This document shows, one piece after another, positions 11,290 through 21,899 of a stretch of DNA of 64,000 nucleotides. A program made the position numbers and the translations under genes. Within the stretch, counting starts at the first letter, position 1, and the number at the start of each line of letters is the position of its first letter. The notes below the pieces were generated by a model. The model was given only the letters and a program-made list of their open reading frames with translations, did not search any database and was not told the origin of the DNA. The DNA is from Salisapilia sapeloensis CBS 127946 (taxonomy: Eukaryota; Protista; Oomycota), in NCBI GenBank assembly GCA_023334545.1, contig JAADVB010000038.1:1-64000 (forward strand). Direction: 5' to 3'.

Positions 11290-12159
11290 ATGCTACGCTT
11301 CGACGGAAAAGTTGCCCTCATCACCGGCTCTGGCGCCGGCCTTGGCCGCTGCTACGCACTCGAGCTCGCCAAGCTCGGGGCCAAAATCGTGATTAACGAC
11401 TTTAACAAGGCTGCGGCCGACAGCGTCGTGCAGGAGATCAAGCAGCAGGGCGGCGACGCCGTTGCCAACTACGACAGCGTCACGGACGGCGAAAAGGTGG
11501 TCGCGACGGCCATCAAGGCCTACGGCCGCATCGACGTTCTCGTGAATAACGCCGGCATCCTGCGCGACGCGAGCTTTGTCAAGATGACCAAGGACAATTG
11601 GAACGCTGTCGTGAACACACACCTCCAAGGCACGTTCGCCGTCACGCACGCCGCGTGGCCGCACATGCGCAAGCAAAAGTACGGGCGCGTCGTGCTCATC
11701 ACGTCGTACAACGGACTGAACGGTCAGTTCGGACAGACCAACTACAGCAGCGTCAAGGCCGCCATGGTCGGTCTCGGCAAGTCGCTCGCCAAGGAGGGCG
11801 CCAAGCAGAACATCAAGGTCAACGTCCTGGCGCCCGGCGCTGGATCTGCCATGACCAAGACCGTCATGCCGGAGGCCATGGTGAACGCGTGGAAGCCAGA
11901 GTACGTGGCACCCCATCTGGCCTTCCTCGCCCACGAGCAAGTGCCGTGCTCTGGCAAGGTCTTCGAGAGCGGCGGAGGGTTCTTCGCCCAGGTCAAGTGG
12001 GCCCGCTCGCCCGGACACTACTTTAACATCGACAAGCCGTACACGATCGATGACGTCCAGAAGAACTGGAGCAAGGTCACGAACTTTGCCGAGTACACGG
12101 ACCCGGAGGAGGACGGAGAGGTCATGCCGCAGCTCAAGCAGATCGTCGCGAAGCTCTAA
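11290..12159 (+). CDS. Peroxisomal short-chain (3R)-hydroxyacyl-CoA dehydrogenase (MFE-2/HSD17B4 SDR-domain-like)
   Basis: TGSGAGLG Rossmann motif, NNAGILRD, 'GQTNYSSVK' (YxxxK) and C-terminal PTS1 -AKL. Confidence 0.88.
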   Translation: MLRFDGKVALITGSGAGLGRCYALELAKLGAKIVINDFNKAAADSVVQEIKQQGGDAVANYDSVTDGEKVVATAIKAYGRIDVLVNNAGILRDASFVKMTKDNWNAVVNTHLQGTFAVTHAAWPHMRKQKYGRVVLITSYNGLNGQFGQTNYSSVKAAMVGLGKSLAKEGAKQNIKVNVLAPGAGSAMTKTVMPEAMVNAWKPEYVAPHLAFLAHEQVPCSGKVFESGGGFFAQVKWARSPGHYFNIDKPYTIDDVQKNWSKVTNFAEYTDPEEDGEVMPQLKQIVAKL

Positions 12160-12879
12160 ATCAAACATGAAGACGTTGCCATTCGTTCCGTTTAAAACTA
12201 GTTGGCTCCCTATCTATTCTTTCATGAGGCCTAGACGTCGTAGCTGCATGTGATGATGCCTGGTAGAGGAAGGAAGGAGGGAATGCAGACGAAGCGATGG
12301 CTAGTATCTGGTCGGGGCGTATGATGCTGCTGTAAGCAGTTGGAACGGACCAGACCTTTCCTTGTGGTGCTGTATGCGTATCGCTGTTCTAGATGCTCTC
12401 GGAAGAGTAGATTGTGCTGCCTCCAGACCGTCTACTTGTCATAGTGTCGATAGCGAGTGCGAGGCTTCCAGCATCTTCCTACTCGATCCTTGTCGACAAT
12501 AGACTCGAGTGTGTTCTTTGTATAGCACCCTCCTCCATGACGCATATACCCTCCGGATCGACCCCACACTGCACACAGCCTTCATCAGAAACTTTCATAC
12601 GTATCTACTCGTCTGCCATCCAAATACACTTCAACTCATCCTCAACATCGTAATCTTGATCTACTCCAACAACAAACCTCCTATTCCATCCAACACCCAA
12701 CACCATCCATCCAATCCTTCCTACTTCATCGAGTACCTACCAGCATGTACTCTCATCTCCTACCTCCAAGGCAGCTCCTGCCGCCCATGCACCAACTCAA
12801 TCCATTCCTACGTCTATTTCAGCCAATGAGCGACCTCCTCACGTAGCATTCGAACGCACGTGACAGGAGAGCCGAGACC

Positions 12880-13759
12880 ATGCTACGACTCAAGAAGAAA
12901 CAGGAGGAAAAGGCTCAGCAAGAGGCCACCGAGGCCAGTGAGAATGGAGAGGAGGCTGCCAAGCCCAAGACTCGAATCCTAGGTGTCGGTCGAGGCAAAC
13001 GCACTGGCGGGAGCAAAGAGAAGAAGCGGTCTCCAGGTGAAATCCGCATTCAGAAAGGTACTTCTTGTCGTATTCCAGCACTAGCCTACTTCTCAACGTA
13101 AAGAGCAGATATTTCTGAACTGGATGGCGGTGACACGGCTGCCGTCGAGTTCCCAGACCCGAATGACCTGACCAACTTTAATGTCAAGGTAGCATATCGA
13201 GGTCGATTGTCACGGTCATATGCACTGACACCAGGATAGATCGCAGTTGACACGGGACTCTGGAAAGGAGCCACGTACCACTTTACATTCAAAATCCCAC
13301 AGGTACATGACCTCTCCATCCGCTATCAAGTACAATTATAATCCCTATGTCGTAGCTGTACCCACATGAACCGCCCAAGGTCCGATGTCACACCAAGGTA
13401 CTTGTAGCCCCTACTAAGCAGCCTACACACAGCTAACGATACGCCTAGATCTACCACCCGAACATCGATTTGGACGGGAACGTCTGTCTCAACATTTTAC
13501 GAGAGGACTGGAAACCCGTGCTAGACATCAACTCGGTCATCTACGGTCTCATCTACCTCTTCTACGAACCCAACCCCGATGATCCGCTCAACCGAGGTCA
13601 ATCTCTTCGTATTCTTCCTACAATACAAACCCCTAATCTATACAACAAACAGAGGCCGCTGAGCTCTTCCGGAACGACTACGACACGTTCGCCATGCAAG
13701 TCAAACGGTCGCTCCAAGGCCGGTCCGTCCACGGCGTCACGTTCGACCGGCTCGTCTAA
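12880..13759 (+). CDS. UBC12: NEDD8-conjugating enzyme Ubc12, about six exons
   Basis: 'MLRLKK', 'GEIRIQK|DISEL', '[24 protein letters not shown]' and 'EPNPDDPLN'. Five short GT-AG introns. Confidence 0.92.
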
Positions 13760-13855
13760 CCCAAGAAATACAAACTCCTATTCGTGGCAATCTATGCAAA
13801 ATTCCTCTCCATCCAAACCTCGAAAGTAGCCATTTCTATACTTGGTATCAGCAGC

Positions 13856-15577
13856 ATGAAGTACTTGGCTGTCACGGGCGGCACCGTCTCCGGTCTTGGC
13901 AAAGGCATTACCATCAGTTCCATTGGTGTCATCCTCAAAGCCTGTGGTCTCCGAGTTACTTCGATTAAAATCGACCCGTACCTCAATTGTGATGCTGGGA
14001 CCATGAGTCCATTCGAGCATGGCGAAGTCTTCGTGCTGAATGATGGAGGCGAATCCGACCTGGATTTAGGCAATTACGAGCGATTCCTCGACATTACGCT
14101 ATCGAGAGACCATAATATCACCACTGGCAAAGTCTATCAGCGAGTGCTCGAAAAGGAGCGTCGAGGTGACTACTTGGGCAAAACGGTGCAGGTCGTGCCC
14201 CACGTGACGGACGAGATCCAGGCGTGGGTCGAGCGAGTCGCCCAAGTGCCAGTCGACGGATCTAGCTCCCAGGACACCAGTGCCGAGCCGGCAGACATCT
14301 GTCTCATCGAAGCTGGTGGGACCGTCGGTGACATCGAGAGCATGGTCTTCCTCGAGGCGCTCCGGCAGTTCCAGTTCAAGGTCGGGCCAGAGAACTTCTG
14401 CCTCGTCCACGTGAGCCTCGTCCCAGTCCTCGGTTCCGTCGGAGAGCAGAAGACCAAGCCGACGCAGCACGCCATCAAGGAGCTCCGGAGCGCCGGACTC
14501 AGCCCGGATCTGGTCATCTGCCGCGCGTCCAGTGAGCTCGAGCTCGCGACGCGCGCTAAGATCGGCATGTTCTGCCAGGTCTCGGCCAACCACGTCTTGA
14601 GCGTCCACGACGTGAGCAACATCTACCACGTGCCGCTCATGCTGGCCAAGCAGGGCGCAGCGTCCATCCTGCTGTCCAAGCTGCAGCTCATGAACCGCTT
14701 CCGGGAGCCGCAGCTCGAGACGTGGCAGGCCATGGCCGAGCGCGTGGATAACTTCTCCGAGACGTGCCGCATCGCGCTCGTCGGCAAGTACACTGGTCTC
14801 CAGGACTCGTACCTGAGCGTCATCAAGGCGCTCAAGCACGCGACGATGAAGTGCGACCAGGACCTCGACATTGAGTGGATCGAGGCGGGTGACTTGGAGG
14901 ATGAATGCAAGGCGTCGGACCCGGAGAAGCACGCCGACGCCTGGGCGAGGCTCAAGGCCGTCGACGGCATCGTCTGCCCCGGCGGCTTTGGTGACCGCGG
15001 CGTCGACGGCAAGGTCCTGACGGCGCAGTACGCGCGAGAGAACAAGGTGCCGTACCTCGGTATCTGCCTCGGCATGCAGGTGGCTGTCATCGAGTACGCG
15101 CGCAACGTGCTCGAGTGGAAGGGCGCGAACAGCGAAGAGTTTGACGAAAAGGCCGATCCCAAGGTCGTGGTCTTCATGCCGGAGATCAATCCGGACGTCA
15201 TGGGCGGCACTATGCGCTGTGGAGAGAGACGCACTGTCCTGCACGAGAAAGAGGGCTATCGGAGCATCGTGTCGTACTTGTATGGCCGGAAGACGGACAT
15301 CCTGGAGCGCCATCGCCACCGGTACGAAGTGAACCCGGAGGTCGTGCCGCAGATGCGTGACGCCGGACTCAACTTTATCGGCACGGACGACAAGAGCGTC
15401 CGGATGCAGGTCGTGGAACTCGACCGGAAGGTCCACCCGTTCTACTTTGCGACGCAGTATCACCCGGAGTTCAAGTCCCATCCGACGGCGCCGTCGCCTC
15501 CGTTCCACGGCCTCATCCTCGCCGCCACGGGCCAGCTGCAGAAGTACATGGACGACTGCGACGCCCGCGGCTTCTAG
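13856..15577 (+). CDS. CTPS: CTP synthase
   Basis: '[12 protein letters not shown]', 'KIDPYLN', 'GGTVGDIES', and the glutaminase triad motifs 'GICLGMQ' and 'QYHPEF'. Confidence 0.97.
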   Translation: MKYLAVTGGTVSGLGKGITISSIGVILKACGLRVTSIKIDPYLNCDAGTMSPFEHGEVFVLNDGGESDLDLGNYERFLDITLSRDHNITTGKVYQRVLEKERRGDYLGKTVQVVPHVTDEIQAWVERVAQVPVDGSSSQDTSAEPADICLIEAGGTVGDIESMVFLEALRQFQFKVGPENFCLVHVSLVPVLGSVGEQKTKPTQHAIKELRSAGLSPDLVICRASSELELATRAKIGMFCQVSANHVLSVHDVSNIYHVPLMLAKQGAASILLSKLQLMNRFREPQLETWQAMAERVDNFSETCRIALVGKYTGLQDSYLSVIKALKHATMKCDQDLDIEWIEAGDLEDECKASDPEKHADAWARLKAVDGIVCPGGFGDRGVDGKVLTAQYARENKVPYLGICLGMQVAVIEYARNVLEWKGANSEEFDEKADPKVVVFMPEINPDVMGGTMRCGERRTVLHEKEGYRSIVSYLYGRKTDILERHRHRYEVNPEVVPQMRDAGLNFIGTDDKSVRMQVVELDRKVHPFYFATQYHPEFKSHPTAPSPPFHGLILAATGQLQKYMDDCDARGF

Positions 15578-15678
15578 ACGTGTCGGTCGAAACCTCGTAG
15601 CTAGATTCCTTTTAGTAAACGAACGAGAGACACCTCCTCTTTGCTCGTGTACATGCAAGTCCAAAGCCAAATATATTT

Positions 15679-17562
15679 TTATCTGCGTCGAGCTACCATC
15701 CCCGCCACGAATGTCGCCACTGCCAGACCTGACAGCACGTACGCCAGCACCGGAACGTCCCACTCGTCCTGGATGTCCAAGTGCTTGATCATAAGCTCTC
15801 CCTCGCCCTCCACCTCGTACCCGAGGCGACGGTAAAAGTTCCGGACACCCACGCCGGCGATGACCGCAACCTTCTTGGCTCCTTGCTCCCGCGCAATCTC
15901 CTCCGCTCGCCGCATCAGCCGCGTGCCGAAGCCTGTGTGCTGGGCGTGGGAAGCGTCTAGATCGTCCACGCCGCCGTTCGCCGGTACCTCCACCACCTTC
16001 TCCTTCTTCTTCCCGGCGAGCACTAGCTGACCGTAGACATGTAGCTCTCGCACGAGCGCCGCACCTTCGAGCTCGGGGAAGATGCCTCCTCCAGCCGTCG
16101 GCGACACCCGCAGCCGAGCGAAGGCACAGATCTTCTTCCTGTCCGGCGTCTCGTAGCTTAAGAAGTACTCGTCTCCGCCGTTCGCTCTGTACTTGCGCTC
16201 GACGAGCTCCGCGGCGGCGATGGCCTTCTCGTCTGTCTTAACCTCTCGGCAGCGAATGCACTTGCACCGCTGTCCTCGCTCGGCCATCTTATTCGCAATC
16301 ACCTGCCGGAGGTTGGGCTCATCTGCGCCGCCGAAGATGTATTGGCTCGGGATGTCTCGGATGACGCGATTGAGGCGGATCCACGGGTGCACCTGGCTCT
16401 TGACTCGCATCAAGAGCTCCACCATCTCCTTCTCGCTGTACGGCACAAAGTCGCCCTTGTCGTACCACTTCTTTATGACCGTCCACGGCGTGATTTCGCA
16501 CGGATAGATCTTCCACTGGTCCGCCTGCAGGTCCTCCGAGTGCAAAACGTACTCGAACATCTTCTCATCCTTCTCGGCGTCGCTGCCTGGCAAGTTGGGC
16601 ATCAAGTGGATGTCCGTCTTGTAGCAGCAGTCTCGAAGCAGCTGCAGGGCCTTGACGGCGTCCTCCGTCGTGCACCCGCGATTGATCTTCTTGAGGATGT
16701 CATCGTCCGTGTGCTGCAGACCGAGCTGCACGCGCGTGCAGCCGTATCGTCGGAAGCGCCGCAGTTCCTCTTCGTTAATGCAGTCCGGACGCGTCTCGAG
16801 CGTGATGCCGATGATTTTGGTCTGCGCCGTCTCGTTCGCCAGCTTTTCCTCGTCCAGCGACATGCGCTCTCGGCGGTTCTCGACTGGGTCGAAGAACGTG
16901 TTCGCGGCGTAGAACAAATCCCGGATGAACGTCTCCTGGTACTCGTGCGGATACGACGCCCACGTCCCTCCCAGCACCAGCAGTTCAATCTTATCGACCG
17001 GGTGTCCGTTCATCGCGAGCGTCACGGCCCGATCGGCGAACTGGAGGACAGGGTCAAAGTCATTCCGATTCGCTCGCAAGACACTCGGCTCGTCATGCAG
17101 GTAGCTTCGCGGCTGATCCGGTTCGTTCGGACAGTAGTAACAATTCCACTGACAGCTGAATCGCTGCTTCTTCCCTCCTACTTCCGGATATGGACTCGTG
17201 AGCACCGTGATGACGAGGACACCGGATTGACTCTTCTGGGCCTTCTTCACAAGCAGTCGGTCGATCGCCATTCCTTTCTCGACTTCACCTTTCTGGATGA
17301 GCGTGTTTAGCATGAGCTTCATCTCGGACTTGCGAGGAAGGCAGCGGAACTCTCGCCGCAATTGGACAAAGGCCTTTTCGAGGTCCCGAGGCGTCTGCGG
17401 ATCGAGGTCGACGAGAAAGCGGACCATGTCTTCGTACAACGGCCGCTTTTCCGCCGGCACGAGGTTCTCCCATGTCGAGTAAATGTCCTCGAGCGTCTCG
17501 TTCTTCCAGTCCGGACCTTGGATGCTCCGTTTGTACGTGTTCGGGTCCTCCAAGTCGCCCAT
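15679..17562 (-). CDS. ELP3: Elp3-like radical SAM/GNAT acetyltransferase with a C-terminal transmembrane tail
   Basis: CxxxCxxC ('CQWNCYYC'), 'GITLETRPD', 'VQLGLQH', 'RELHVYG' and 'QHTGFGTRLM..AE', followed by a hydrophobic tail ending in RRR. Confidence 0.88.
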   Translation of the reverse strand: MGDLEDPNTYKRSIQGPDWKNETLEDIYSTWENLVPAEKRPLYEDMVRFLVDLDPQTPRDLEKAFVQLRREFRCLPRKSEMKLMLNTLIQKGEVEKGMAIDRLLVKKAQKSQSGVLVITVLTSPYPEVGGKKQRFSCQWNCYYCPNEPDQPRSYLHDEPSVLRANRNDFDPVLQFADRAVTLAMNGHPVDKIELLVLGGTWASYPHEYQETFIRDLFYAANTFFDPVENRRERMSLDEEKLANETAQTKIIGITLETRPDCINEEELRRFRRYGCTRVQLGLQHTDDDILKKINRGCTTEDAVKALQLLRDCCYKTDIHLMPNLPGSDAEKDEKMFEYVLHSEDLQADQWKIYPCEITPWTVIKKWYDKGDFVPYSEKEMVELLMRVKSQVHPWIRLNRVIRDIPSQYIFGGADEPNLRQVIANKMAERGQRCKCIRCREVKTDEKAIAAAELVERKYRANGGDEYFLSYETPDRKKICAFARLRVSPTAGGGIFPELEGAALVRELHVYGQLVLAGKKKEKVVEVPANGGVDDLDASHAQHTGFGTRLMRRAEEIAREQGAKKVAVIAGVGVRNFYRRLGYEVEGEGELMIKHLDIQDEWDVPVLAYVLSGLAVATFVAGMVARRR

Positions 17563-18037
17563 CGTGATACGCACTGGATGAGCTTGGCTTTCGGTGGTCA
17601 CTTGGCACGAGCAATTGTTGGTCGTGGTTGGTGGGAGTACATTTAGCACACCGTCTGAAGTAGCCCAACTTATGATCGGAGGACGGAGACCAAGGCGAAT
17701 GGACCGGTGTAGATTACTAGATTAACAAGGACGATACCGTACATGTCGGTTCTTCAAGTACATCAGCAATGAGTCATGCGTTATCCATTTCCTACTAATA
17801 GACAAAAGTAGACGTATGATGTCGATGGACAGTCGAAACCTATCCGACGAAGGATGTACCCATCCGCTCGAAACGCAACTAGTCGACGGATACGCACTTC
17901 CTGAAGACTCGAATCGCCCTCTTCTTCCGACACAGCGAATTACTTTCGCTACTTCAAATCGAGATAAAAATTGTTTTTCGTAAGAAAGCACTTCCGAATG
18001 CAAACTGTTCCATTTACCACTTCCCAATCTGCTCCGA

Positions 18038-18877
18038 ATGGATCAACACGGTCTAGACGCTCGTCGAGATGAAAGAAACGGTAATGGGAAACGTCAGGCA
18101 GAGTGTATCAGTAGCAAGCAAGAGGTAGATGACACCAAGGCCAGACGAACGGACGGAAAAGTGCTACGCCGTGGGGACATTGATGACAAGTCCATACCTC
18201 TAGCGTGGAAGTTCCTAGCAGAAGTCATGAACATGCGTGCGATGGCAATGGAAAAGGACCAGAAGATGCATCGGGCGGTACTCATGGCTGACGATATGCT
18301 GCGTCACAAAATCCAAGATCCGTTTAGTCGCTCCAGCTCGGCTACGGACAGCGGTGAAGAGTCATCGGACACAGACCACCCGCACCTCTGTGCCGCACAC
18401 CAGGAGCAAAAGAAAAAGAAGGAGATCAAGAAAGAGTGGAAGTGCCTTACGAATGCGCTGCGAGATCGTGCGACCAGAATTGAGGAAAGCTTGAAAGTAC
18501 GGACCGTGACGCTGGAAGCAACCAAGAAACTGCGCTTGCTGATAGAGGGCGTGCCGGTTCAGCTGAGCGATACGCCTTTTCGTTTGAATGAGATGTCCGT
18601 CAAGGAGGACGAAGCTTCTACCCAGTCCACCGAGACGAGCACGCTGCCGAATGAAGCGCCCTCGAGCAAGTGGGAAGAGCTGGAACAGCGTATCGCTGTG
18701 CAGGGGCAATGGTATAAAAAGGTCGAATGGAGCATCGCCGCGCAAAAGCAACGGTGTGAGGCGCTAGAACAGATCACCAAGGCTCAGTCAAAGCGGTACA
18801 ATATGATCCGAGCCTACCACACGCAAGCCAATCTCTTGCAAGGCTACCGCAACCGGTCGTCGAAGCACGAGCTTTAG
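18038..18877 (+). CDS. Hypothetical coiled-coil protein, 279 aa
   Basis: Intact ORF rich in charged heptad-like helices. No family recognised. Confidence 0.55.
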   Translation: MDQHGLDARRDERNGNGKRQAECISSKQEVDDTKARRTDGKVLRRGDIDDKSIPLAWKFLAEVMNMRAMAMEKDQKMHRAVLMADDMLRHKIQDPFSRSSSATDSGEESSDTDHPHLCAAHQEQKKKKEIKKEWKCLTNALRDRATRIEESLKVRTVTLEATKKLRLLIEGVPVQLSDTPFRLNEMSVKEDEASTQSTETSTLPNEAPSSKWEELEQRIAVQGQWYKKVEWSIAAQKQRCEALEQITKAQSKRYNMIRAYHTQANLLQGYRNRSSKHEL

Positions 18878-19150
18878 CTGGCTCTTTATCGTTGCGCTAC
18901 GTTTGAGCATTAAGTCTGTCGACAAGAATGCACTCCTCTTGATGTAGTCTCCTTCTTTCTAGCGTTAGTGTATATCTTTGTTGCATGTATCCATCCACCA
19001 AAGTGTGATCAGAGAAGCTCCCATCGTCACTAGCAACTTTGGTTTCTACACAGTCTACTATGGTATCCCAGCCGGACCATAAGAAGACCAGCGCATACGA
19101 AGAAGAAGGAGTGCTATCGAGAGCAAACGGAGACTAGTATTGGCTAGTGC

Positions 19151-20389
19151 TTAGTGCTTGTCGCTAGCTTCTCCTCTTTCACTCGCGATTACACTAGCCA
19201 ACAGCTTCTTCTTACGCTCTGCCTGCTGACGAGAGCTCTCTTCCATACGCGCTATAAATTCTCGTCCGACATCCGACCACGCGTTCAGGTGGCGGTACTT
19301 GACGCCGCAGTTCTGACACCGCTTCTTCTTGTCTCGCAGCTCCGAGTACGTCTGCTCACACAGACAAATCGGGCAGCTCTTCTTATCCTGCCAACTCAAA
19401 TCAGTCCAAACAATCCGACCGTCCTGTTTATCGTAGCACATACCACACGCACGTTGTACTCTTCTTCCAGACGTCTCTGCTCTAGTTTCTACACCCCAAC
19501 TCAATTGGACTACCGACAATATACCTCCACATGGAAACCAACGTACCCGCTGCCGATTGCGCTCGGCTGTCTCCATCCGTGTAAGGAACTCATCTCGAGA
19601 GCCGGAGTCAAAGTCTTCCGAGTTGTCAGACCCTCGATTCCCATGACGACGCTTTAGTTGGAACCTGCAGTTCCTTTCCTCATCGTCCAGCGTATACTTT
19701 CGTCCATTCACCTGGACTCTGTGCGGCTGAGCCAACTGCTCAATCCGATCCTACAAACACAAATGAGCTTCCATCGCTACTCTCCTCTACGCCTTGCTAT
19801 CCAAACACCGTACCGGGACCTTTGCTGGGCACATATAGAACATTAGCTCATTCATCATCCGACAGAACACTCATACGCTAAACAAGGACAGCGTACATGA
19901 TGCAAAACGAAGTGTATTCTTCTTCATCGAGCCGTCCACATCCGCACGACTGGTCTTCTCCATCAGCCGTTGCTTGAACAACTGCACTCTCGTCGGACTG
20001 AACAACACATTCGGATACAGACTCGTGGTCGACGAGCCTCTAGTCTTTCGATTCGCTTGAGTACGCTTCGGCTTGTTAGCGTGCATTGCCGGCCCTTTTC
20101 GATGCTCTCGGCCTTTGAGTGATTGGTGGAGTACTGAGCCAAGACTATCCTCTGCTTTCACTGGAGCGTCCTTCACCTGGCTGCTTTGAATCGCAGTCAC
20201 CTTGGCCATCATATCTGCAAGGTCATCATCACTGTCACTGTACTCGTCACCAGATGAATGCAGCTGGTCAGACGCATTCGTATCTGCTTTGCTCGAGCCC
20301 AGCTTTCGCTCCGATCCATTTTCATCGTCATTCACGAATTCCTCTTCATTGTACTCTTCGAATTCGTCTTCCTTATCCATGCCTGTCAT
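19151..20389 (-). CDS. Hypothetical protein with an acidic N-terminus and Cys-pair (zinc-ribbon-like) C-terminus; probably multi-exon
   Basis: Two same-strand ORFs (19871-20389 and 19151-19735). Cys pairs 'CGMC', 'CPIC' and 'CQNC'. Joining them into one gene is inferred. Confidence 0.45.
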
Positions 20390-21899
20390 TGCACTCTTGG
20401 TTGATCTAGATGTTCTCTTTTATCTAATAATAGAGCTATCAACTGCACATCCAGACATGCCACAAAAAGATCTAAATATACGTGAAAGCCACATCTGATG
20501 CATCCTGCAGTGCGAAATCTTTCTACAAACAGGATGAAGCCAGTTGAAGTAGCGTATCTGGTGTCTGAAAGAAGGATTAACGATTTTTACCCGTCTAGAG
20601 TCACTAATCCGTACCAACTATTCGCGAATTTACCATGATATCCTCCAGCGCTTGACTCTTTACCAGCGAATTGAGTAGGGAGGAACAAAATGAAGCAAGA
20701 TGTGTTGAAATTGATCGAAGTTTGTCTGCCCTCAGCTCAAAAGGCGACGTACATACGGAAGCTAGATTACCCAAGCGAAGCGAATGCAAGCGAGTGGGCT
20801 GCACAGTATTATTTCGATCCAATCAATCTGTCGGCGACATGATTTTCATCACCTCGTACACAGTATACCTTTACCAGATTACCGACATTGCTTGTTTAAT
20901 CAACAACATGCACAAAATTCATCACCGTCGATACACCACAAACTCTTTCCCAGTAGCAAGATGCTATCTTTTGCGCTTGCAGACAGGTACTAGTCTTGAG
21001 GAAGCCAAGTTTGCGGAATGCTGCGTTACCTCTAGGCTCGAGAAAAGGTCGGTACTATCCATCATCTGAAAGCGGTACATGTGTAGATACGCCACTTTGG
21101 TAAAAGGCACAAGCAGCATCTTGAAGACAGCCGGTCCTTTCCAAAAACCGTCCAGTGTTCTAGGAGCAGAGCTGGAAAGTGAACGATACATGTGCGCGCG
21201 GGATGTGGGTTACCACTAACGCTGCTCCTGGTATCGTGCACATCGTCTGAGCATTGCTGCATGCGATAGCAGCCCTCCTCCTCCAGCTCGTAGGACCATC
21301 TAGCGCTCCACAGAACAGAACTTCATTCCTGAGGACCAAAGATCACAAATACTTCCGAAGCGACACTTGGGCTGCCGGCGCTTGACATGGAAAAAATCGC
21401 ACAGGACGGGTATAAGCATGCAGCTATTCCTGCTTGTTTAGAGAATCTATGGACCGCTCAGCCACGATAAGGTGTACATGCATGCTAGCTAGCTGTCCTG
21501 TATCGTGTGGTGAACGATGCTGCATTTGTACGCTTACAACAGGCTTCGAAACCAAGCTACAAGCTCTCGTGTGCTTGGAAGGTGCATGCAGACGGAATGA
21601 AGCGGAGACTATCACAGCTAAGCAGGTTCCTACTCGCATTAACAAGTGCCAACCTGCTCGTCCGAAACGCGAAGATTTCAACTAAATAACTGCCTTCGCT
21701 TCTCAAGGTTATCTTCGAGAACCAAAACACAATGCTTGCGTGATAATCGTTTTAATTGCTGCCTCTGCCCCATGCTTGCTGCAATATGACTTTCCTCCTC
21801 GTCCGTGTAGAACTCCGGGTGACAAGCATTCCCACGTGAATGTTAGCTTTAAGTCAAAACAGAGCTACAATAACACTGGCTGACTAGCTATTTCTTACA

